A DNA stretch of 64,000 nt. Source: Antedon mediterranea. Taxonomy: Eukaryota; Animalia; Echinodermata. The notes under the pieces are model-generated. The model was not told the origin of the DNA, did no database searches, and saw only the letters and a program-made list of their open reading frames with translations. How positions within the stretch are numbered: the first letter of the stretch is position 1; each line of letters begins with the position of its first letter. Shown here in pieces: positions 1-10,634 of this stretch. A program made the translations under genes and the position numbers. The stretch lies in assembly GCF_964355755.1 (NCBI RefSeq), contig NC_092671.1, positions 35,846,304-35,910,303 on the forward strand, written 5' to 3'.

Positions 1-70
1 TTGTTGGACTATCTCTCTTTATCTTTGATTTGGATTGATTTAACCTACGGTTTATTGTTATTATTTATAG

Positions 71-3000
71 GGAAAGACAAAAGAAACACGGTATAACATT
101 TTCAGGGTCATTGGGAATTATGAAGTAAGTTTAGATTTTAACTCAGATTTTTTAAGACCTACATTCTCACTCAGGACGATAAAAGTATATTGATTGAAAC
201 GTCGAGAAACTCAACAGTTCTTTTCAGAACTTTATATCAACAAGACCTAGATTGTCTACATAAAATCGGATATCTTAAGTTTTGTAGACCTACAAAACTC
301 AGATAAATTTTTCTTTGTACGATATACAAAAATCCATTGAGATTAATAAAAATAAACTTCTCCTCGTTTTATTTTTAGACCGGGTTTTGTTCGACTCAAT
401 TTACCTTTCTTCAACTCTAAGGAAACAATTGACTTCATCTTAGATGCAGTTGAAGATGTTGCCAACAATGCATGGAAATTATTGCCGCAAGTATGTCATA
501 TCATTTCCATCATACCTGATATTATCATGGGATTAGTTATTCAGCCGGCGGCGGTGGGGTTATCCACTGTCCCTTTATATTGGTTTGATCCCTTAGTTCA
601 ACCGAGGGCATGTGAGAACTTTAACCGTATATCTAAGGACACGTTGAAAACAAACTTTTGGGTCTTCAGTTGTTATCCATCACCGGATTAAATCTCATTC
701 TGAACTTATGTAGGTCAACTTTAGAGTGCTACACCACTATTAGTAAACCTAATGTATATGTTTAGCATAAATATTAAAACTTTATTCATCTGATTCGGCA
801 AAATAATCCAAAGAAAGGAATTTTAATACTGATAGTAATCAATAAAATAATGAGTTTAAAAACGTTTTGTAATGTGCTCTAAGGACTCATTATTAAATTC
901 TTATTACTTACCACTAATTGTAATAAATTATCCCAAGCATACCTCTGCTCCAAAAACATTCAGTTTGGAAAATACTTTTACAACATGTCCATATAAAGTT
1001 ATCGGTGACATTTACATAAAATGGTACCGTATTAGAGTATTAATACAATACAATACAATAATTCACGATGACCTGACGGTGACCTGATTGTGAAATTGAT
1101 GCGCATAAAGTACCGTCCAAACATAATTATAGCCGAATGGTAATTACAAAGTACCCCATCTCAAACATGGCGAATTTTGGTCCTGCGATTTAATATTCAA
1201 GACATTTTAGTAGTCCACTTTAAAATGGAAATTCACTTTTCTTGGCGTAACTAAGACAATGAAACAACAAAGAAAATACATCAAATTACAAAAGGCAAGA
1301 GGCAGTTAAAGTTGAAAATTAAAATACAAATTGTTTTTTAAAGAAATAGAGTAGAGATTTGGGGTGTGTGCTAGTAGGCCTATATGATATACCGTAGATT
1401 ATGCAAAATTGGCTTTCTAAATCCTGAAATGTGAAATTATTTTTTTGATATTTATAAACATTTTTTTCAATTAAATACAGTACCGTTATGAAGCTGGGAG
1501 TGGAGGATGGGAGCATCGGAGCTCAACAAAAACCGGAACCGATAGCCTGTTGAACGCTAAATTAATGGGCGGGAAATTCAAAGCGCCTTCCAGTCCTTAT
1601 ACTAATTCTCGAAAACTTCGTAACAATACCAACATGCATACGGACGCAAACTTACCAGTAAGTACGCAATGAAGATTATGTATTAATGTATTCTCAAATG
1701 TACTGGAATTATTACGTTATTGTTACGTTATAGATGAGTAAAACATCATTATTGTTATTTGAAACAGGAATACCTTGAGCACGCTAAACAGGTGTACGCT
1801 GATGCAGAAAAAGAACAGGTAAATACTCATTAATATTCATATAATAATTCTGACACCTATAAATCTGACATCTGGAGACTATTGGGTCACATACATATAG
1901 ACAAGACCCATGTACACCAGCCAACACAATACGCAATAGGCTATTATTTCAGCAACACTACCAATATAACATTTCGAGGAAGACCAAGAACCACCCTACA
2001 AATAACTCTCAGCAACGACCTACTTACCCTTTATAAGCAGAACACAAACAAGTATCCCGGACGCGATTTTTTTTTTCGTACATAAGTTGGGGACCCCTTC
2101 ATGAAACGTCACAAAATAAACATGAATAATTCATCAGTTAAATTTGTTGTTCCGTGTGCACCCAAGCGTATAGCAACAAGAAGTGATTACACAACTGCGA
2201 TACGATACTTTCTACAGTAGGCCTAGGATTATATGTCAATTCACGTGATTGCCTTCGCGCACTCTTCTTCACACAAAATGTGTCGAGTCGAGGCTAATCG
2301 ACAGCTAGGCAAGTACGGCAAGACATTAAACTAAGTAGTAATTCATTGGACATAGCCCAAAGAAAGCTTAGACCCACAAGAATAAAGAATGTGTATAATT
2401 TGTGTACTGTATTTTTTTAATTCTGCTATTTTATTATCAAACAATATGCATGTACTCAAAGGAACTTTAAAAATGCGCGTATATGAACACATGAGATGGG
2501 AAGATTTGACCCACGAGAATAAAAAATGTATTTTTGTGTAATGTTTATTGTTTAATTTTGCTGACTTATTACTCGGATTGTGTCATACCAAAGATAGTGT
2601 AACTATCTTTGGTCATACCTAACACACACACGTCATGCACACCCACACAGCTACTACTAGAATAGACATGGGTTTAGAGACTAATAATTAGGCCTAATAG
2701 TATTAATAGAAACTATAGTTTTAACACGTAATTCTTTAGTAAAAAATTATATTAAAAACACCATAAACTAAAGGCTGATTATTTCGACAATCCACACAAA
2801 ACGCCGCTATTCTTCTATGAAATCGCACGCCGCAACAACAGCGGAGGATAGGCCTAGAATCGTACCGCACTTGTGTAATCACTTCTTGTTGCTATACGCT
2901 TGGGTGCACACGGAACAAGAAAATTTAACTGATGAATTATTCATGTTTATTTTGTGACGTTTCATGAGGGGGGTCCCCAACTTATGTACGAAAAAAAAAA

Positions 3001-3960
3001 TCGCATCCCGGACAATTGAAAACCAAGAAAGACATCAAACAACTTAAAGAACTAGCCAATGAAAGATCAGACTGGAAAAAACTGGAAAAAGAGATTTACG
3101 GAGCAGCCCAAGCGGAAATGTCGGCAGACTTTTCAGCGGAGAGGCAGTAATCATCATCATCAATAAATCTGACACCTATATATTGTAACATTGTGAAATA
3201 GGCCTACTAATAGTTATTATTAAAATGGTATAGCGCTATTTTAGTTTCCAACGATATCTTACCGATAAGAACTTTATGTTTTGTTTATTATGAATTCTTT
3301 TTGTGCCATATATTCTGTTGATAAAATAAATGTCATACCACTGCCATATTTGGGCATATCACTACCACATTTGGGCATATCACTACCATATTTAGATACA
3401 TCACGCTGTTTTTGTCAAACTTATAGTGTAGACAGAGCTTTAAAGTTGATGTGAATGTTAGTAATTCTCTCCTGCACTATCTTACTTTAATCATTAAAAT
3501 TACGTTTATATTATCATTATAGTGTATTTCCCAAACCAGAATACTGTAATTTATTATTAATTTACAATTTATTTACAAAACTAATGATACTATTTAAAAC
3601 AATTACTATATATTTTGAGTGCCCATCAATAAGTTGATGCTCAAACTAATGTTTTTATTTTTCTTTCAGGAGTACGAAGCTTTGAAAGACTCTGATCTTG
3701 ACATTGGAACTAACGACCAGTCTCTCATATGGTTTTTGCAACCGAAAGAAGCTGCTCGTATCATGACATCACCAGAAAACTACAAGCCACAAGAGCTTAT
3801 TGATGGCGTAGTTGTGAAGAAGTCTCAACAAGGAATTCCGTTCACTCCCAAACGTTACTCCCGTTGGAGGTCAAAGCGCATGAGCAGTAGACGACAGCAA
3901 TCGCGTACCGAATCAACAACAGAAGAAAAAGAATCCAACGTCAAATGCTCAATTATGTAA
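71..3960 (+). CDS. 3' portion of a PLP-dependent aminotransferase class V / cysteine desulfurase-like gene (5' end outside window)
   Basis: In-phase GT-AG exons 71-124, 379-490, 1481-1657, 1768-1818 and 3670-3960 (stop TAA). They translate to ...GIMKPGFVRLNLPFFNSKETIDFILDAVEDVANNAWKLLPQYRYEAGSGGWEH...EYLEHAKQVY...LIWFLQPKEA. The KPGFxRLN...W(K/R)LLPQY...W and WFLxP motifs match the C-terminus of the SufS-like aminotransferase-V family (recognised from memory). Confidence 0.8.
163..231 (+). mobile_element. Penelope-like pLTR fragment with degenerate hammerhead core
   Basis: Reverse-complement homologue of about 57037-57108 (ttctcactc..aggacgat...gaaacgtcgagaaactcaacagttcttttcagaac). The CTG of the CTGAGGA core is missing. 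Confidence 0.6.
1871..3162 (+). mobile_element. 5'-truncated RTE-like LINE 3' end, interrupted by a MULE
   Basis: Removing 2063-3013 restores WRLLGHIH...FRGRPRTTL...YPGQLKTKKDIKQLKELANERSDWKKL...AERQ* followed by a (TCA)n tail. 12-bp TSD ATAAATCTGACA at 1859-1870 and 3163-3174. Confidence 0.8.
2063..3004. mobile_element. Non-autonomous Mutator-like (MULE/foldback) element
   Basis: About 145-bp terminal inverted repeats (2063-2206 and 2859-3004) with G...C termini. Perfect 9-bp TSD ATCCCGGAC at 2054-2062 and 3005-3013. Confidence 0.88.
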
Positions 3961-4649
3961 CTGGAATTGCACAAACTGTAATATAGTTTTGTATATTTTT
4001 GATCAGTACAAATTTTGTATAAATTTTAAATGATACAGTTAAATTAAGTTAATTTATCAAACAGTTCATCAAAGTGTATTTTATAATCCTTTTTTTTTCA
4101 TTAAACTATTTACATTTTAAAATTAAAATAGGCAAAAAATATTCTATGTCTCAATAACACGCATGGGTAGAGCTTGAGATTACAGAAGTTATGAAAATAA
4201 GTGTTAATTTACTATGATTTTTATTACGCTTACAGACATTATTACACATTTTTAAATTATAGGAGTTCTGTTAAATCTGCAAAAGTTTGGAATTTTAATA
4301 AACTTCACTTAATACAATATTATTTGATAAAGTTAGTGTAAGCGTTCCCCTGATAACAACATTTCGAAGCGGATGTTATTTTATTGGTTTTAAAGCACCA
4401 TTTTATCAGACATTCCAACAATTTAAATTTAATTTAGTATCAAATGTCAAACCTGATTGAATACAGTGATGATGATTAGATATTGATATACGATTACTTA
4501 AGAGTAATATAGTACAGAGATTTTTTTCAAAAAGTTGCCAAAATATACATTTTTTAAATATGGTGAGGTGAAACGAGCAGAAAATATGTGATTCTGCGCA
4601 TATCAATTATTATCAGTTAAAAAACATTTCCCTGCACATAATAATGCTA

Positions 4650-5274
4650 CGGTGGCTGATTTCCGCTAAAGAAACAATTATTTTATAATACGGCGTTATA
4701 TAACGCCGTAATTAGGGCGTTATAACACCGTATTAGGGCGTTATAACGCCCTAAATATACAATCTGTTCACACATACATACGCTTTGTGTCCAACTATGC
4801 CTATGTAGTGTATGGAGTCGAGTTATTTGCTTAAAAAATGTGTAACATTCACAAGGTTTTAAATATCTAATTTAATATCAAAACAATTTGTTTAAAGGTT
4901 TTTGTTAAGATAACGCAATCATAAAGTTACTGCGAAGATGATTTTAGACCACAAAATGTAAAAACAATGCATTAGAGAATCGCTGTACAAAATAAACGCG
5001 CACGCGTAGAGCGTGCAGGGAGCGCACAGCCAGAGCCGTTAAATTAAATGGATTTTGTATGTACTACGCATTGTATAATTAGGGCGTTATAACGCCCTAA
5101 TACGGCGTTATAACGCCGTATTATTATAAAATAAGTTCTTTTGATTGATTGATTGATTGATTGATTCTTTTATTTTTCACACAACATTCATAAAAATATA
5201 AATAAAAGATTAAGTACAATAAAGTGTGAAATCCATTCAAAGTCGCAACTTTCTTTGACGGAAATCAGCCACCG
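4650..5274. mobile_element. TA-flanked MITE (Tc1/mariner-like) with subterminal palindromic arrays
   Basis: TIR CGGTGGCTGATTTCCG / CGGAAATCAGCCACCG flanked by TA. Internal GGCGTTATAACGCC palindrome arrays at 4688-4753 and, inverted, at 5078-5125. Confidence 0.7.
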
Positions 5275-5844
5275 TATATATGCTCCAAAATATCCACTTT
5301 TTAAAATTGCGCATTTATTGTGTTATCATAATCTTATAGAGCCATAGTAACTAGTTATGTCAAAAATAAAAGTCTCGAAATTACTGAAAGAACGACTCAA
5401 CTGACATTTTTCAAAAATCACCTTTTTAGCTTTTTGGGCTATTTAGGGAATGATACACCTTGTGGTATATTCAGATATTCAAAATTTTAACTAGAAATCA
5501 GAAATTTTAAAATCAAAATACCACTCAATTACAAGTGTGTGTTACTATTGTCACCAAAGACTAACTCAACGAAATACAAATGCCATGAAAGACTCACTCA
5601 AATGACATATTAACACATATTATCATAGGAAACCCATTCAAGTGCACAACAATGGTGTTAATTACAGCAAGCTGTGTAATGTTGTTGTTTTAAACATAAA
5701 ATAATTTGGTACTGCCCTACGAATAATTGTCAATAATTATTTTATTCAATACTCACTTAAACTTGTTTGGTTATTATTATATAATCTACACATGGGAAGA
5801 GCTAAAGCAAGAACACGTTTTTTTTTATTATCTCAAAACTTGCT

Positions 5845-6466
5845 TATTGACATGCGCAGAACCCATTATTCGTTTCTGCGCATGTTTATTATGTTAGATA
5901 AACTGGTTACTGTAGCACAATTGACATGCGCAGAACCAATTATTCGTCTCTGCGCATGTTTGTTATGCAATAGTAACCATTTATGTCAAAACTGGTTACT
6001 ATAGCACAATTCACATTCGCCGCGAACCCATTATTCGCCTCTGCGCATGTTTATTATGCTATAGTAACCATTTATGTCAAAACTGGTTACATAGCACAAT
6101 TGACATGCGCAGAACCCATTAGTCGACTCTGCGTATGTTTATTATGCAATAGTAGGGTCGAAAATCGTACTATAGTACAGGGATTTTTTCAAAAAAATTG
6201 CCAATTTTCGACCTTTTTATTTTTCGATAAAACTGGTTACTATAGCACAATTAACATATGCAGAACCCATTATTCGCCTCTGCGCATGTTTATTATGCAA
6301 TAGTAACCATTTAAGTCAAAAAATAAGTGTCGAAAATCGGCCATTTTTCGAAAATTTTAAAAAATGGCAAATTTTCGACCTTTTTATTTTTCGATAAAAC
6401 TGGTTACTATAGCACAATTGACATGCGCAGAACCCATTATTCGCCTCTGCGCATGTTTATTATGCT
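5845..6466. repeat. Hairpin-containing tandem repeat (about 85-bp units), within a larger degenerate element of about 4510-6806
   Basis: About 6 copies of ACATGCGCAGA-acccattattcgcc-TCTGCGCATGT plus TAGTAACCA...TGGTTACTA. TACAGGGATTT motifs at 6175 and 6521 with an inverted copy near 6795-6804. Confidence 0.7.
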
Positions 6467-7039
6467 AATCAAATCAATTTGCTTTATGCAGTTGAGTCGT
6501 TTCATGACGGGGCAGTATAGTACAGGGATTTTTTTTTTAAATTGCCAAAATATCTACTTTTTAAAATTGAATAATTATGCGATAATACTACCATATATGC
6601 AAATATATATTATCATCATCTTATAGAGCCATAGTACCTAGTTATGTCAAAAAATAAAAGTCTCGAAATTTGGCAATTTTTCCGAAAATTACAATAATAA
6701 TGTTATAATATTGCTATATATTTGTATATATAGAGCCATCGTATCCAGTTATGTCAACAAATGGGTGGAAATCTGGCCATTTTTCGAGAAAATAAATCCC
6801 TGTAATACAGTTAGTTCTCTTTTACACATTTAAATATGTAGTCATGTATAACAAAGTAAAACAAAATAATCTTTATGATCAGATAGAATAAAATTTTATG
6901 ACGGAATAAAAATTCAGAAAAATAATGTACAGAATTAAATGGTTTGGTGGTATAAGATACACTCCATCATATGATCATTCTTGTGATCAAATCTTGTGAT
7001 CAAATCATGTGTAATGAACATAATATCAACATCTCTATT

Positions 7040-7385
7040 TGTCTAAACTAAACCGAATTTATGCATCTGGTGTATCTACCAAGCTACCTTCTTTGTTTTC
7101 TACTCTTATTCAGACTCCATCCTGTCTCCTTTTGTTGTATTTCTTTTATTCCTGTCCACCCAGGCAGCACTTGCCAGTTCTTATACTATGACGTTATCCA
7201 AATTCCTTCACTTGCACTGATGAAGGGCTAGTGTTGCTCGAAAGCTCTGCTAACTTTTCGGGCTGTTTTACTTTATCGTTTTGATTTAGCTTTTCACTTT
7301 TTTTTAAATTTTCATTGAGATCTAGTCACTGATACCCACAGCATTGTCATTTTTTCAGTAATTTGCCTTTGGATTTATATATATA
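7040..7385 (+). mobile_element. Penelope-like pseudo-LTR fragment
   Basis: Contains a hammerhead core at 7217-7247. The downstream 7243-7381 recurs reverse-complemented at 33981-34122. Left boundary is approximate. Confidence 0.65.
7212..7252 (+). ncRNA. Minimal type I hammerhead ribozyme motif
   Basis: GCA-CUGAUGA-A-GGGC(uaguguu)GCUC-GAAA-GC-UC-UGC: helix I GCA/UGC, helix II GGGC/GCUC, palindromic AGCU in place of helix III. Confidence 0.7.
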
Positions 7386-7873
7386 TATACTTATACTGTA
7401 TACTCTTTTACCAAAATCAATCATCAAACTTATATATCAGTTACACACATTTTATCACTTTTAAACACGTATTATTTAAATCTCTGGGAGTTTATCTCAA
7501 TAACAAATAACAAACATTTAATAGTGGTATCAATTAATAAAACTTTTGGAAGACATCTAAATTGATGGAAGACAATCCTTATTTTGCCGATAGTTTAAAA
7601 CAAACTTTGGTTTTGATTATTTGACCTCTTTACATTTTCAATTTAGTTTTGGTGTATTTATGTTTATATTTTGATATACATTTATACACTACTATTGACT
7701 AGGGCATTAAAAAATGGAAAAGTAGACGAGGCAAGGGAAAGAGTTTGGTTAAAATGCTTAAAACCTAAAAAAGTACTTGATCAAGAAATATTGCATTGGA
7801 TTCAATTTGACCTTGATACCAGAACTAAAAAACAAATTGCTAAAACTAGAAATCAAATTGAATACATCACTTA

Positions 7874-8029
7874 AGCTCTGTCTACACTATTGTGATAAAA
7901 AAATGTAATGTGCCTATATATGGACATGGTGATGTCATACCACTATCATATTTGGGTATATCACCACTATATTTGGACACATTTTTCCTTTTTTTTTGGT
8001 CAAACTAGTTTGATAGTGTAGACAGAGCT
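7874..8029. mobile_element. PIF/Harbinger-type MITE family A (about 150 bp)
   Basis: TIR AGCTCTGTCTACACTAT with TTA/TAA 3-bp TSD. Other full or partial copies at about 3330-3442, 10957-11097, 26529-26651, 39560-39633, 40236-40328, 58856-58997 and 62885-63013. Confidence 0.8.
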
Positions 8030-8030
8030 T

Positions 8031-9416
8031 TAGAACACCTATTACCGGCACACCTTCAAAACTCAACAAGGTGTCCCCCTAATAGAGATGTCCCATGGTT
8101 TGGCTGTGGTGTTAAAACATATCCCCTTGTTCTTTCAAGAGAAAGTATCCCCTCAATGGAGGTGTCCCGTGAAAATAGGGTTTGGCTGTGGTGTAAAAAC
8201 ATATCCCCTTGTTCTTTCAAGAGAAAGTATCCCCTCAATGGAGGTGTCCCGTGAAAATAGGGTTTGGCTGTGGTGTGAAAACATATCCCCTTGTTCTTTC
8301 AAGAGAAAGTATCCCCTCAATGGAGGTGTCCTGTGAAAATAGGGTTTGGCTGTAGTGTGAAAACACATCCCCTTGTTCTTTCAAGAGAAAGTGTCCCCCT
8401 AATAGAGGTGTCCCGTGAAAATAGGGTTTGGCTGTAGTGTGAAAACACATCCCCTTGTTCTTTCAAGAGAAAGTGTCCCCCTAATAGAGGTGTCCCGTGA
8501 AAATAGGGTTTGGCTGTAGTGTTAAAAACATATCCCCTTGTTCTTTCAAGAGAAAGTGTCCCCCTAATAGAGGTGTCCCGTGAAAATAGGGTTTGGCTGT
8601 GGTGTGAAAACATATCCCCTTGTTCTTTCAAGAGAAAGTATCCCCTCAATGGAGGTGTCCCGTGAAAATAGGGTTTGGCTGTGGTGTTAAAAACATATCC
8701 CCTTGTTCTTTCAAGAGAAAGTATCCCCTCAATGGAGGTGTCCCGTAAAAATAGGGTTTGGCTGTGGTGTTAAAACATATATTTTCTTGTTCGTTTCATG
8801 AGAAAGTATCCCCTCAATGGAGGTGTCCCGTGAAAATAGGGTTTGGCTGTAGTGTTAAAACACATCCCCTTGTTCTTTCAAGAGAAAGTGTCCCCCTAAT
8901 AGAGGTGTCCCGTGAAAATAGGATTTGGCTGTGGTGTAAAAACATATATTTTCTTGTTCGTTTCATGAGAAAGTATCCCCTCAATGGAGGTGTCCCGTGA
9001 AAATAGGGTTTGGCTGTAGTGTTAAAACACATCCCCTTGTTCTTTCAAGAGAAAGCGTCCCCCTAATAGAGGTGTCCCGTGAAAATAGGGTTTGGCTGTA
9101 GTGTTAAAACACATCCCCTTGTTCTTTCAAGAGAAAGTGTCCCCCTAATAGAGGTGTCCCGTGAAAATAGGGTTTGGCTGTGGTGTAAAAACATATATTT
9201 TCTTGTTCGTTTCATGAGAAAGTGTCCCCCTAATAGAGGTGTCCCGTGAAAATAGGATTTGGCTGTGGTGTAAAAACATATCCCCTTGTTCTTTCAAGAG
9301 AAAGTGTCCCCCTAATAGAGGTGTCCCGTGAAAATAGGGTTTGGCTGTGGTGTAAAAACATATATTTTCTTGTTCGTTTCATGAGAAAGTGTCCCCTTAA
9401 TAGGTGTTCTATTGTA
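8031..9416. repeat. 82-84-bp tandem array (about 16 units) bracketed by short inverted ends
   Basis: Unit approx. GAGGTGTCCCGTGAAAATAGGGTTTGGCTGTRGTG...CCCCTTGTTCTTTCAAGAGAAAGT. Left end TAGAACACCTATTA (8031) is the reverse complement of right end TAATAGGTGTTCTA (9398-9411). Confidence 0.9.
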
Positions 9417-9957
9417 TAATCATTTAAATATTCAACAAATGTCTGCTATCAACATACATAATGAATAAAATCTAAATTTAAATAGGACAGAAAATATATA
9501 TCTACACACATTAAATAAAATCTACTATTCTCTAGTAAACCCTGTATTTTGTAAATTTCAATAAGACAGAAAATATATATCTACAGACATTTTTAAATAG
9601 AATCTACTATTAACCCCGTATTTTATTTATTACTATAAATTAAATTAAAACACCTATAAATTATTTATGAAATAAATTAAATAGTTATAATTATTTATCC
9701 GAGTTAAATACTGTACAAAAAAATGAGCACACACTAATAATTTTCAAAAATCAGGCAAGTTTAAATATTTTTGAATTAACAACTTCATAAGCTGTTCGTC
9801 CACTACAAAGAGAATTATGATAAAGCAGTTGAAATGCTCTGGTGTATATGGCTCGTGAAAAAAATAATTTCTTTTCAGTGTAGACCTTACACCTATGTAC
9901 TGTAGTTATTGCAACCTAAATTACCAATTCCACCCAAATAATTAACATTACTTGAAT

Positions 9958-10257
9958 TAAATAATAATAATAGTTCATTCTTATATAGTGCACATAAGCA
10001 CGGTCTCAATGCACTGCACATTATTAACCCCTGGTCATTTTTTGGATCAAACACGTATGGAAACATACTCCCATAATATTGCAGCTAGTAATCAGTGCAA
10101 AGTTGTGTCTTGATCTAACCGGTACCCATTTTATATATCTGGGTGTAGAGAGGCAAATTAAGTATCTTGCCTAAGGATACAAGCAGTGCAGCAAGAGTTG
10201 GATTCGAACCACGATCTCATGATCGGTAATCCAACGTCCAACACACTGCGTCACACA
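9958..10257 (-). mobile_element. tRNA-derived SINE
   Basis: Minus strand has A box TGACGCAGTG, B box GGTTCGAATCC, a central CCTTAGGCAAGATACTT...ATGGGTACC domain and an (ATT)n tail. A duplicated head lies at 10308-10392 and a + strand copy at 24141-24417. Confidence 0.8.
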
Positions 10258-10634
10258 CCCCTTAGGGTTTTATGTGTACATATTTTATGTTACAAAAGAG
10301 TCTTGCATAAGGATACAAGTAATGCGACGAGAGTTGGATTTAAATCACGATCTCACGATCGTTAATCCAACGTCCAACACACTGCGCCACATGCCCTATA
10401 TAATAATATTTTGTTAGTGGACACCAGGTTGAAACTTTGTTCTTTTAGGTAGCAAAAAGGTGAATTTGATCTTATATTGTGTTTTTTAAACAAAATTACT
10501 TTTGGAATATAGTCAGAGTGTGCCGTTATTAATATTAACTTTACAGTTAGACTAGCCGAGAGTTCTTTGTTAAACCATGTGACATACGTAATCACATTAA
10601 TGTAGCCTTCTGCCTTGGAAACTTTACCTTCACT

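Noticed and set aside
8056-9032. Multiple overlapping ORFs and a superficially CRISPR-like periodicity
   Set aside because: Units are fully repeated with no unique spacers, there are no cas genes and the context is eukaryotic. The ORFs are by-products of the 82-bp repeat.
9958-10392. tRNA genes suggested by A and B boxes (also 24141, 23760, 28680, 41360)
   Set aside because: No complete cloverleaf. The boxes are attached to SINE bodies or are degenerate.
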